Shown: positions 1-8,706 of the stretch, one piece after another | Position numbering within the stretch: the stretch's first letter is position 1 | How the letters are laid out: each line of letters opens with the position of its first letter | Source: a virus | Taxonomy: Duplodnaviria; Heunggongvirae; Uroviricota; Caudoviricetes | Direction: 5' to 3' (one strand) | Length of the DNA: 64,000 nucleotides | IMG/VR virus record: IMGVR_UViG_3300025765_000001 | Program-made: the position numbers and the translations under genes | Notes under the pieces: generated by a model | What the model saw: only the letters and a program-made list of their open reading frames with translations | What the model was told of the DNA's origin: nothing | Databases searched by the model: none

Positions 1-16
1 CAGTCCAGGGGTTCCC

Positions 17-1147
17 CTAGCTCGCCTTGTCCATCTCCAGGTTTTGCTGAATGGCAACGATGTCGAAATTGGCGGCAACGGCGACCCGAAGCACTTCTTG
101 GACGAACTCTTCATAGATTCGCCGTTGTTCTGAGGACCGCCTCTTGGTGAGATCACGGACGATGTTGATGTGGCTGGTATTGAGCCGGTGGGACATTTGG
201 GCAATAATCTTGAAGACGCCGCTCTTGGTGGGTTGAACGTCTTGCAGGGCATGGAGGGCCTTGTCAAAAGCATCTTCACCAGTCACTTTCTCCAGCACCT
301 TTCTGGATTTCGGGTTCTGCAAAATGGGAATGAGTTGCCGGGCCTTGTGGTTGTTGGGAACTTTGTTTTCGGCGAAAGCCTGGATGAATCCCCGACGAAC
401 TTCCGGGTCGGCGTCTACGACTGCCTTGCTGGTTCCCGTTTTGAGGGCCTCGTAGATCGGACTGTACTTCGTCCGAACATCCACCTTCTTGCGGATAGGG
501 GAGCGTTGAATTTCGTCTACCATCTTGTGGTTGTAGATCGCCCGTTCGACTTCCTGTACTGAGATGCCCATCAAGGCGGCGACATCCTTGTTGTTGAGCT
601 TACGGGCGAGCATGGAGATGTACTTGGCCCGTTCATAGGCATTCCAGCCCTTCTTCCCCTGGCAGTGGATTTGGCCGATGAAAACCTCGACGGTCAATTC
701 ATCGATTTCATTGCCAAGGATGTAGACCGGGACAAGCTGTTTCGACCAGAACTCGCTCGTCTCCTTGTCCTCTCGCAGATTGCGGTAGCAGCACCAGCGG
801 CGGTTGCCCTCACGAACCACATACTTGCCATCCTTGCGGCGACGAACGAAGAGCGGCTCGATCAGGCCCTTGTTCTGGAGGATAGAGTTCCTTAGCATCT
901 TGGTGTCTTCGGCTTCATCGTTGGACCAGTAGTAGGCGTATACACCATCGGGGTCGAGACCCTTTAATTGACCGATGACCTGGAGATGGTAAGAATGCCT
1001 GGGGTTGGTTGGGTCGGGGACCAAATCCTCGAATTTGAGATTGGTGAGCGGCAAGTTGTATTCTTGACCCAGGATTGTGACGGCGATTCCACAATCCGTT
1101 TCACGCATTGACGCCGTTCCCTTCGCTTTCAGTGTTTTGCTGGACAT
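17..1147 (-). CDS. ParB/Srx N-terminal domain protein with HTH-like segment
   Basis: Motifs DPTNPR and GLIEPLFVRR...YVVREGNRR, then helix-turn-helix-like NKDVAALMGISVQEV. Start moved to ATG 1147, which is preceded by AAGGAG. Confidence 0.7.
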   Translation of the reverse strand: MSSKTLKAKGTASMRETDCGIAVTILGQEYNLPLTNLKFEDLVPDPTNPRHSYHLQVIGQLKGLDPDGVYAYYWSNDEAEDTKMLRNSILQNKGLIEPLFVRRRKDGKYVVREGNRRWCCYRNLREDKETSEFWSKQLVPVYILGNEIDELTVEVFIGQIHCQGKKGWNAYERAKYISMLARKLNNKDVAALMGISVQEVERAIYNHKMVDEIQRSPIRKKVDVRTKYSPIYEALKTGTSKAVVDADPEVRRGFIQAFAENKVPNNHKARQLIPILQNPKSRKVLEKVTGEDAFDKALHALQDVQPTKSGVFKIIAQMSHRLNTSHINIVRDLTKRRSSEQRRIYEEFVQEVLRVAVAANFDIVAIQQNLEMDKAS

Positions 1148-2195
1148 CGGATAACTCCTTAGGCGATTGACCTGATTCTGATAATCCATCCAACGCTGGA
1201 GGATTCGACTCAAAGCATTGTAATCTCTCGCCCGCCGGTGTCAATGCGATATTTTTGATTTCAGGGAAACCCCTGAAAAATATCGCCTCATTAGTGATCT
1301 GCACAGTTACTTGCTCCACATCACGGTTTCGCTCCAATTGCGTGAAATACACACGAATGTGCGGCCAATCTTCGTCTCGGATCGTGATAACCTTGTTACG
1401 GTAAAAGCTGACGTAGCGATCCCCTAAAGATGTTACCACGTTCTCTTCTTCGGCCCTTTTGGTCGCAATCACATGGTATTCAGGGGATAATTCAGCACCG
1501 CTAAAAATGCGGTCGAGCCGCTTTGCGGCGAGTGCGGTTGTGCCGGTTCCCATGAAAGGATCATACACTAAGTCGCCTTTATCTGAACACATGAGCAGTA
1601 TTCGCTCAAGCAGCGTGTAAGGTAGCTGGCAGGGGTGACTCAGAAAGCGATCCTTGTTGTGGTTCAGACGGAAAATGTCATTCCAACAATCGGAAGTAAG
1701 GGAACCAAACGGGTGCAAAGTGTCCTTCTTGCCTCCGTGGTCCTTCATGAGACGGTTACAAGACTTGGCCCGGCAACGTCGGTGCGGCCCTCGAACTTGA
1801 TAGAACGTGTTGGAAGAGGATTTAGAGAAATACAAAATTCCGTAATGGTTAGGGATTAGGGACTTTCCCATTGGCCCTGCTGGGGAGTCCCAAGCGATCC
1901 AATGACGGAAGTTAGCTCCGTATTTTTCTAGGAGGGGTGCGATCTTGATTAACCAGTAGGGTATGTGGTGGATAAATATAGAACCATCGTCAGCAGTAAT
2001 TCTGACTAGATGTGCTATCCATTTATCGCACCACTCTAGATACTCGGTTTCTACTACATTATCCTTAAAGCCAGCACTATACTTCTTCTTGAGGTTAAAA
2101 GGAGGGTCGGCGAAAGTTATCTTGGCTATACGATCTGGCACATTTTCTAGATGATCCAGGCAGTCACCAAGGTATATTTGATTGGTGATTTCCAT
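1101..2195 (-). CDS. Beta-class N4-C/N6-A DNA methyltransferase (BamHI/BstYI-like subfamily)
   Basis: GDCL, FADPPFN (motif IV), HPCQLP, DPFMGTGTT (motif I). The central C..C...KDHGGKK segment resembles M.BamHI as recalled from memory. Confidence 0.9.
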   Translation of the reverse strand: MEITNQIYLGDCLDHLENVPDRIAKITFADPPFNLKKKYSAGFKDNVVETEYLEWCDKWIAHLVRITADDGSIFIHHIPYWLIKIAPLLEKYGANFRHWIAWDSPAGPMGKSLIPNHYGILYFSKSSSNTFYQVRGPHRRCRAKSCNRLMKDHGGKKDTLHPFGSLTSDCWNDIFRLNHNKDRFLSHPCQLPYTLLERILLMCSDKGDLVYDPFMGTGTTALAAKRLDRIFSGAELSPEYHVIATKRAEEENVVTSLGDRYVSFYRNKVITIRDEDWPHIRVYFTQLERNRDVEQVTVQITNEAIFFRGFPEIKNIALTPAGERLQCFESNPPALDGLSESGQSPKELSDVQQNTESEGNGVNA

Positions 2196-2219
2196 ATTTT
2201 CTTCTCTTTTCCATGCCCG

Positions 2220-2248
2220 ACTGTAATAGAAAAGAGTGGAACAGTCAA
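2220..2248 (-). promoter_or_regulatory. Sigma70-like promoter upstream of the MTase
   Basis: TTGACT-17 nt-TACAGT on the minus strand. Confidence 0.45.
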
Positions 2249-2258
2249 TATCTACAGT

Positions 2259-3092
2259 ATGATCCGCACCTTTCTAGAATGGCTCGAAGCTAAGCTAGGT
2301 TCAAACGAACACGAAAGCGATGAAGAAAAGCTAACAGCTACAGAGCCGCCAGAAAAAGAAGTCCCTATCACTCAGCAGACTCCTTTGGTCATGACCAAAC
2401 GAGGCGGCATGGTAGGTGATGTGATCCCAGACGTGAGCAAAACCGGATTAGGCACCACGGCGATGGACTATAATACCAGAGTCGCTCGTGGCAAGGGCGT
2501 TGAAGAGAAGATTAAACAGGCTTTGAAGGACCAGCACGGTATAGAAATCAGGGATAGTAAGGTGGGAGAAGAGCGGACTTTGGATAAGAGAATCACCGAC
2601 GATGTAGATGACGGCATTGATGGGTATTGGAACGGCAGGGATTCTGTGCAGATCAAGTACAGAGATACCGGCAAAGACATCCTCTTCGAGCTAATCAAGC
2701 CCCATAAGGCAGAGATGCCGATTCTACCTCACTCCGACGAAAAGCCACTTGGTGGTCAGTCGCCAGGGCGTGATTATATTTCAAAAGCAATGTATCATGT
2801 CGTACTATTGCCAAATGCCCAAAGAACAGCCTATAGCGTCCTCAAGGTAAAGTCTAAACACGTCCGAGGTCTCATCAACCGGGCCATCAACGAATTAGGC
2901 GAGCCACGCAATGTGAGCAAGTATCCCAACGGAGTTCTATACAGGCCATTCACTTCAGCTATGGGTATAACTTTGAATCCAACGATGGATCGCAGGACCG
3001 GGACGGCGAAGGTAGTTGCTTTCGTACCGGTAGTGGCCCTGAAAGCGTTGGGTGAGGTTACGAAAGAGTACCCGGTTAATATAGCTGTCTAG
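2259..3092 (+). CDS. Putative PD-(D/E)xK-fold nuclease-like protein with N-terminal FxEWLE motif
   Basis: Start at ATG 2259 (MIRTFLEWLEA). G.GVEEKI ... DDGIDGYW..DSVQIKYR resembles an E..D..QxK restriction-fold active site. Confidence 0.45.
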   Translation: MIRTFLEWLEAKLGSNEHESDEEKLTATEPPEKEVPITQQTPLVMTKRGGMVGDVIPDVSKTGLGTTAMDYNTRVARGKGVEEKIKQALKDQHGIEIRDSKVGEERTLDKRITDDVDDGIDGYWNGRDSVQIKYRDTGKDILFELIKPHKAEMPILPHSDEKPLGGQSPGRDYISKAMYHVVLLPNAQRTAYSVLKVKSKHVRGLINRAINELGEPRNVSKYPNGVLYRPFTSAMGITLNPTMDRRTGTAKVVAFVPVVALKALGEVTKEYPVNIAV

Positions 3093-3448
3093 CAGGCTGC
3101 CTTGGCGATCACCATGCCCTTCGATTTCAGTTTCGCCGAGCCTCTTACGCAGCCATCTTCTGACTGGTCACAAACGATATCGCACGGCATTGGGCTGGTG
3201 CTGATAGTGTCGGCAGATAGTTTGAATCTGAAAACCATCCGGTCGGTGGGGGTCAGTGCCCTTTTCTTCTCCATGATGGTTCCGCAGTCGAAATCACGAA
3301 CGAGCAAGTCCAGGGTTGGACGCAGTTCGGGATCGGCCTCCAAGAAGTTCATGCCGTTGTCGATCATCATCTGGATGATCGCTTCGTGGTCAAGGATCAA
3401 CTCATAGGTTGTAACAAGTTTGTTGCTCTCTCTACTGCATATCGTCAT
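3089..3448 (-). CDS. Hypothetical protein
   Basis: 119-aa ORF with a CTACATA motif 8 nt upstream of the ATG. Confidence 0.55.
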   Translation of the reverse strand: MTICSRESNKLVTTYELILDHEAIIQMMIDNGMNFLEADPELRPTLDLLVRDFDCGTIMEKKRALTPTDRMVFRFKLSADTISTSPMPCDIVCDQSEDGCVRGSAKLKSKGMVIAKAAC

Positions 3449-3497
3449 GACAGTAGTATGTAGTCTGGCGGCGTCTCAATTTCTGACAGATATGGAA

Positions 3498-3839
3498 TCA
3501 CCCCCTTAGTTCTGCCAGCTTGAGATCATCGATAGGGAAGCAAACGAATTGCGTTTTGGCACACTCTTCGTGATACCGGTTTTCGGCTTCATCCGCAGAG
3601 ACGCCACGACCAGCCATTTCGATCTTCCACTCGTCCAGAGTGGAAACATATTGCGGCTCGTCAAACCAGACTACAACCACAGGTTTTTTGTGCCACTCAG
3701 GAGATCGCTCCCTCCAGAACTTGTCGGGGTCGTGCTTCATCACCAGTTGAGTGAACTTGGGATGGATCATGGCGATAACCGTGCCGTTGCCATTCACGGT
3801 CCCTTCAACAACCGTTGTCACTTGATCTCCGACGTTCAT
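3498..3839 (-). CDS. Hypothetical protein
   Basis: 113-aa ORF overlapping the upstream stop by 4 nt (ATGA coupling). Confidence 0.6.
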   Translation of the reverse strand: MNVGDQVTTVVEGTVNGNGTVIAMIHPKFTQLVMKHDPDKFWRERSPEWHKKPVVVVWFDEPQYVSTLDEWKIEMAGRGVSADEAENRYHEECAKTQFVCFPIDDLKLAELRG

Positions 3840-4687
3840 TGTTTCGCTCCTATAGTTTTCAGATATGACTCAGCCACGTCTCTCATGTAGGCGACGGCCT
3901 CCGATGCCTCCGGGTCGATGCTTAGCAGTGCGTTGATTGGCTCCATCAGAAGTTCGCTGCCTTTACACTTCTTCCACTGGTGTTTGTCAAACATCTGAAG
4001 TGGCTCGTAGTAGTGGATGAAGTGGTAACAGTACGCCGGGTCGCTCAGAATGCAGCAGTAGTCCTTCTTGGCTTCGATAGAGCAATTATACTCCATCATG
4101 GTTAAGTTGGTAGCGACCATTTCTGTAGGCCACCATCTAGTTCCTACAGCCTTGCCCTGTTCCACGATCAAATCGTGACACCATTCGATGACCCGCATTG
4201 GGAAGGTGTCTGGAATGTGCTGCATAACGTAAACCAAACCCACTGGCTTCCAGGCGTCTAGTTTGTTAATAGCTCTCAGGTGATGTTCGATGTGGCACTT
4301 GTTTTTGTTAATATGCTCCAGTGTCATCATGAAAGTCTCTTGTGCCGAGATATTAAGGTCGGCTGGTATAGGTACGATGGGTTTGACCATCACCATATCT
4401 GGGTCTATTAACACGAACTGTTCGTCGGGTTGTAGTCGCCCCGTCTTCATCGCCGTCCACACCGCCAGCCACTTGTTCATAGGCAAGTAGTTTAGTTCGT
4501 GGCCGAGGTTGCGGTGCATCATGACTTCGACGCTGAACATGTTAATAGGGAAGACGTGCGGATTCTCCGTGTCGGCCAAGCCGATGATGAGGTTGGACTG
4601 CTGGCTGTGCCTCTTGAAGCTCTCGACCATGAGTTCTAGCTGCCAATAGAAGTAAGGTTTGTTCTCAGCACTTACTATGTACTTCAT
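3836..4687 (-). CDS. Glycosyltransferase, HPAT/SGT1 (GT95/GT96)-like
   Basis: VSAENKPYFYWQ...SF, YLPMNK, FVLIDPDMV (DxD), W.TEM, FIHYY: motif order as in plant hydroxyproline arabinosyl- and serine galactosyl-transferases. Confidence 0.65.
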   Translation of the reverse strand: MKYIVSAENKPYFYWQLELMVESFKRHSQQSNLIIGLADTENPHVFPINMFSVEVMMHRNLGHELNYLPMNKWLAVWTAMKTGRLQPDEQFVLIDPDMVMVKPIVPIPADLNISAQETFMMTLEHINKNKCHIEHHLRAINKLDAWKPVGLVYVMQHIPDTFPMRVIEWCHDLIVEQGKAVGTRWWPTEMVATNLTMMEYNCSIEAKKDYCCILSDPAYCYHFIHYYEPLQMFDKHQWKKCKGSELLMEPINALLSIDPEASEAVAYMRDVAESYLKTIGAKQ

Positions 4688-4716
4688 GGAATTATTGCCT
4701 CCAAGGTAAATAGAGT

Positions 4717-5231
4717 ATGAACTTTTGTTTTAGAGAATGATTAGAAAGCTCCGAAATGCCAAAGGTAAAGATCGGAGACCTGGAAAAGAACCACGCCTAT
4801 TCTAACATCGACCTTGAGGACGATGAATTGCGGCAGCTTATAAATCACGTCTACGCAATTACAAAACAAGACCCTGATGCGTTGATGGAACTTAATATGG
4901 CTATGATGCAAGGTCTCGACCATGTTGCTGGAAAGAGGTTCCAAGCTTATGGTATGACCAAGGGTTCCCTTACTTTTCAACTGACTTCGATGATTAAGTT
5001 CGTCACTCAAGGGGTGCCAGCAGCCCCGCTCGAACTATCTCCGGAAGAAAAGAGAGCAGGGTCGGCTATGAGAACGGCTGGAGGCACCGTGCAGTGGACG
5101 TTACCCAGAGCAGGGATGGTAAATTTATCTTCGTGAAAAACAGATTGAATGGTAGCTCTGTCAACGTGGCGTTGACGGATACGCCGGATGTGGCAAAACA
5201 AAAGATCAAGAAGTTGTTTTCGCTTCTATAA
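4717..5231 (+). pseudogene. Decayed FxEWLE-motif protein gene (in-frame TGA plus -1 frameshift)
   Basis: ATG 4717 reads MNFCFRE*LESSE in frame with ORF 4756-5136. A natural-looking C-terminus (DGKFIFVKNRLNG...KLFSLL*) continues in the -1 frame to TAA 5231, just before a terminator. Confidence 0.55.
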
Positions 5232-5233
5232 CC

Positions 5234-5263
5234 AAAAGGGCCAGCGTTAGCTGGCCCTTTTTT
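5234..5263. terminator. Bidirectional intrinsic terminator
   Basis: AAAAGGGCCAGC-GTTA-GCTGGCCCTTTTTT between convergent genes. Confidence 0.8.
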
Positions 5264-5265
5264 GT

Positions 5266-5418
5266 TTACCTTGGAAGCGGACTAGTTCTTGGGTCCGCTT
5301 TCTGTTGATCCCGCTGATTATTGTCCTTCTTGAAGCCCTCAACCGGGTGACACCTATCGCAGCAGCCTGTCAAAGCAAAGACGACAAATAATAGTCCCAG
5401 AGACATGATATATCTCAT
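5266..5418 (-). CDS. Small lipoprotein
   Basis: MRYIMSLGLLFVVFALTG-C signal peptide with lipobox. Confidence 0.55.
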   Translation of the reverse strand: MRYIMSLGLLFVVFALTGCCDRCHPVEGFKKDNNQRDQQKADPRTSPLPR

Positions 5419-5423
5419 ACAAA

Positions 5424-6750
5424 CCTGCTTTCTAAAACCCATGAAAATCATGAGCCTCTAAAATCGCCCTCTTTCAAGGGCTAAACCTTGCTCCCTGCGA
5501 GCAGTTCTTGCAGGGAGACTTCGCCTCGGAGTTTTTCGCTCCGACACCAGATGTTGCCAACAAACTCTTTTAGGTCTGCCAGACGAACCTGTAATCCTGT
5601 GAGGACGACTTCAACATTGTCGTTCAGATGCTTCCACATTGACCATGAATGTACTTTGCGATTTCGGTACTTTTCTGCAAGAGTTCCCAAAACCAGTTCT
5701 TTCACTTTCTTTGCGTCAGCCTTATAGAATGACAACTTCTCGTTGTACCCAAGACCACGCCGACCTATCACGAAGGCGGCTGACTCATGGATACTTGTCT
5801 TGTGCATCCACCTGTACTTGTACTTGCCAATGATACTGGTGAACGCTGGATTTACTTTCTCGTACTGGATGCCGTTCTCCACACACTTGCGTTCCAGCAA
5901 AGTGATGAACTTCTTCCAGACAAAGTTGCTCTGCTTTCTCTTCCTCTTCTTGCTACCAACCTTGTCCTTGTCAAACTTCAAGTCCTCAAAAACGATCCCC
6001 TTGCCACGCTCCAGAGCGTAGCCGATGACCTTCTTGACCAAACAGCCAATGTCGTAGTTCCGCTTCTCCCTGCTGCCGTAAAGGATACGGTTGTTGATGA
6101 ATGTCTCGGTAGCGACCAAGTTACCGTCTGCGGCTACATCAGCCACGGCGATACGATCAGGGTTCGTATCCACGCCGATGACGCCGTTCTTGAAGGTCGT
6201 GGTGACTGGCGGCTCATCCACCTGAAAGTCAATAATGACCTTGAAGTGCGTCTCATCCTTCCTTTTGAGCCTGACGTTGTACGCCTGCCCACTCGCCAGC
6301 ATGATCTTCAACTCCTGCTGGTATTTGTCCGGCACAAACAACTTAAACGTCGCCCACTTCCTCGTCCCAACGGTGATGCGGAGCGTATCGTCTACGATCC
6401 TGATGTTGAGGTTGCCCTTCTGCGTCTTGTCGCCACGACAATAGATTTGGCTGTCTCGCCTCTTCAACCACTCGTCTTTCGTGATCGCACCGGCTTTCAT
6501 GTCTTCCCATGCTTTACGACCACCGAAAACTACTTTTTTGCCTTTGAGTCGGGTGTTGTACGCTTGAGCCTGAACTACGGCGTCGGATACCTGTCTGGTG
6601 TTCAACATCTGGTACTTGGCTTTTGCAGCCTTCCGCACGTCGTTGAACTCAAGTTTATTCTTTGAGAACCGACAGTACGAGAAGCGGACGCAGGACTGGA
6701 AATCTCTGATGAGTTGATCCAGTTCCGTGAATAGCCGCTTGAGTGAATAA
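5424..6750 (-). mobile_element. 5'-truncated IS200/IS605/IS607-family element (tnpB plus structured right end / omega-RNA region)
   Basis: TnpB ORF. A hairpin series overlaps the 3' end and ends ...GGGTTTTAGAAAGCAGG. No transposase and no recognisable left end; boundaries approximate. Confidence 0.7.
5481..6638 (-). CDS. tnpB: TnpB-family RNA-guided nuclease (N-terminally truncated)
   Basis: RuvC-I GVDTN, RuvC-II VFEDL, VNPAFTS, HESAAFVIGRRG. TnpB-like sequence (ELDQLIRDFQSCVRFSYCRF) continues in frame upstream to about 6730 with no start codon. Confidence 0.85.
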   Translation of the reverse strand: MRKAAKAKYQMLNTRQVSDAVVQAQAYNTRLKGKKVVFGGRKAWEDMKAGAITKDEWLKRRDSQIYCRGDKTQKGNLNIRIVDDTLRITVGTRKWATFKLFVPDKYQQELKIMLASGQAYNVRLKRKDETHFKVIIDFQVDEPPVTTTFKNGVIGVDTNPDRIAVADVAADGNLVATETFINNRILYGSREKRNYDIGCLVKKVIGYALERGKGIVFEDLKFDKDKVGSKKRKRKQSNFVWKKFITLLERKCVENGIQYEKVNPAFTSIIGKYKYRWMHKTSIHESAAFVIGRRGLGYNEKLSFYKADAKKVKELVLGTLAEKYRNRKVHSWSMWKHLNDNVEVVLTGLQVRLADLKEFVGNIWCRSEKLRGEVSLQELLAGSKV

Positions 6751-6874
6751 CGTCGGCGTTCCGCTTCTTGACCGTTCCGCCGCCCTGCTCATCCGCCCAC
6801 GCCTTTGCCGCCTCAAACGTATCAAAATACTTGGCACGATGGAGTTTTGGGTCAAAGTGCTTGTTATGTGCCAA
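6602..6874 (-). CDS. Small phage protein whose 3' end runs into the TnpB element
   Basis: N-terminal ~45 aa look natural (KYFDTFEAAKAWADEQGG). The rest is an out-of-frame read of tnpB. Confidence 0.4.
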   Translation of the reverse strand: MAHNKHFDPKLHRAKYFDTFEAAKAWADEQGGGTVKKRNADVIHSSGYSRNWINSSEISSPASASRTVGSQRINLSSTTCGRLQKPSTRC

Positions 6875-7093
6875 GTAGGGTGTAAGGTATATAATGGACC
6901 TTCAAGTAGAATTTAGACTAATAAAGCACGCCGCAGATTAACAGGCAACGGCGAACGTAGTGAGCCGTTGCAAGGCTTCTTGATTGAATTTCAGAGACTC
7001 AATTAGGTCTATTTCGTGATTCTTGCAAGCGGTATACCATATCTTGCAAATGCGTTGCAGTTTGGTTTTCTTATCTTCTCTCTTCGCATTGCA

Positions 7094-7443
7094 TCATCCA
7101 TTTTGAGCGGATGAAATTGTCCTCCAAAGAGATGATTCTGAGATATCAACAGATGGGATGCCGGTAGGATTCTTTTCCAAGAACTCGGTAATTCTAGGCT
7201 TAGCCCAAGTCCACCACTCTTCTTTGGTCATTTTGAGTTCAACGTTTTTATACCCATGTTCGTTACCGCTGGTACGCCGTCTCATTCCATTCCATTCCAT
7301 ATTCTGCGAGTATATCCTTCTACGTTTCTTTCATAGCTGCGTTTTTTAGCACGGCAGGCATCACATGTGCCATAGATTTTGCCAGTTCGAGGGTTTACCG
7401 AGAAGGCTTCGAGGTTGGTTTCTTTGCAAGAATGACACTTCAT
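7094..7443 (-). pseudogene. HNH homing-endonuclease remnant
   Basis: MKCHSCK..CDACR zinc motifs and ELKMTKEEWWTW...PSVD. Broken by frameshifts (A-run near 7378, GGAAT triplication near 7285-7299), and the HNH core is missing. Confidence 0.55.
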
Positions 7444-7489
7444 GGCTAGATTTTAATAAAGCGAATCTAGCAAATGCAAGCGAGGCGTA

Positions 7490-7782
7490 CTAGTTCCTGT
7501 TATGCCTACGAATACGCCGTTGTCCTTTACGACGTTCACGGCCCAGGATAGCTCGCATGATCTTGCGAAGTGCCCGCCACTGCATGTCGGTCATAGCGAA
7601 GTGGAAATCGCAGCCGCCGTGTCCACCGCCACTGTTGACTTCTATATTGAAACCTTTGCCGTTTCCCCAGCGGGTTGCAGAGACGTGTCCGTAGTCATCG
7701 AGATGATCAGAATAGGTAGCACTGACGATGAGTAGCTTTTTTGTTCGAGACTGTTGACGCCGAATTCTTTTTTCTTGCTCAT
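7490..7782 (-). pseudogene. Frameshifted small phage protein
   Basis: ATG 7782 to TAG 7490 is 293 nt. One extra A in either A6 run gives a continuous ~97-aa ORF (...VSATRWGNGKGFNIEV...QWRALRKIM). Confidence 0.45.
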
Positions 7783-7861
7783 TGTTTCCTAGGATCGGGC
7801 CAGAAGATGAGTAGAGCTAGGCAGCCTACTATAGCCATCCAGATGGCTTCGCTTTATAAGC

Positions 7862-8134
7862 TCAAACATCTCTGAACTCCAATCCCATCAATTCCCTAAA
7901 TACGTCCCACATATCGATGAAACTGTCAAACTGGTCGCTGAAGACATCGGCAGTTTCACCCACGCTATCAGTTCTCTCCCAATCTAGCTGATAGCGTTTA
8001 TCCTGTGTGCGAGTGATTGTGAAGTCGGCCCAACCGTCTTCTACCTCCCCACTTTCGCTATATGGTTTTCCTCCTGCCTTTAGCAGTTTTTTGAGGAGGG
8101 CGTTTTTTAGCCCCATCTCTTGTTCTTGGTTCAT
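7862..8134 (-). CDS. Hypothetical protein
   Basis: 90-aa ORF with GAGG RBS. Confidence 0.6.
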   Translation of the reverse strand: MNQEQEMGLKNALLKKLLKAGGKPYSESGEVEDGWADFTITRTQDKRYQLDWERTDSVGETADVFSDQFDSFIDMWDVFRELMGLEFRDV

Positions 8135-8169
8135 TCTTCAACCTCAAGCTGACAATGATTACCTTATTC

Positions 8170-8348
8170 ATTGACTTTACTGCCGCCTCCTGATCGCTTC
8201 AGCGTGCGTACTTGAACAGGAGTTCTATCACAGGCCAGATGAGCGTGGATGCTGGGCGGTTAGGCACAGCCATCTTCTTCCCGCCGAACCCTCCGATGCC
8301 AAGGATAGTTCAGCCATCGGCATCGCAGTGACCGATCTCTCGCAGTGT
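8170..8348 (-). ncRNA. Candidate structured small RNA
   Basis: Intergenic, follows a CTATATA motif. Three stems (CGATGCCGA/TTGGCATCG, AGATG/CATCT, CTCCTG/CAGGAG) closed by ACTGC/GCAGT. Confidence 0.3.
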
Positions 8349-8400
8349 GATATATAGTCGGTTCGTCTACTTGATCTCGGTGCCAGTAATCTCAACTACT

Positions 8401-8703
8401 TCATTTTCCCTGGCAGTTTTCGTCTTCGTCTTTCCCACGGCATGTCTCCCTGATGGTAGAGTTCCACAGTTCATCCATCGACAGGCCATGTTCCTCGCAC
8501 ATGACCTGCATACGAAAATGAACAACCTCTCGAACGGCTGGGTCCGCCGCTTCTGGCGTGCGACGTGCAAACCATTTGTACCATTGGAGGAAGTTGAAAG
8601 CGGACGGGATGGACTGGCGAGGAATCAATTTTCCGTGATTTTGGTTTCCTTCGTCCGTGAACATCCCCCACTGTCCAGCTTTAAGATAGTGAAAGTGTCC
8701 CAT
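8401..8703 (-). CDS. Hypothetical protein
   Basis: 100-aa ORF co-oriented with neighbours (WGMFTDEGN...EAADPAVRE). Confidence 0.6.
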   Translation of the reverse strand: MGHFHYLKAGQWGMFTDEGNQNHGKLIPRQSIPSAFNFLQWYKWFARRTPEAADPAVREVVHFRMQVMCEEHGLSMDELWNSTIRETCRGKDEDENCQGK

Positions 8704-8706
8704 AAC

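Noticed and set aside
4717-4755. Genome-wide UGA or UAG stop-codon recoding
   Set aside because: Many long genes end cleanly at TGA or TAG with coupled downstream starts, so the single in-frame TGA is better explained as a nonsense mutation
5787-6665. 292-aa + strand ORF
   Set aside because: Antisense to tnpB with no recognisable motifs
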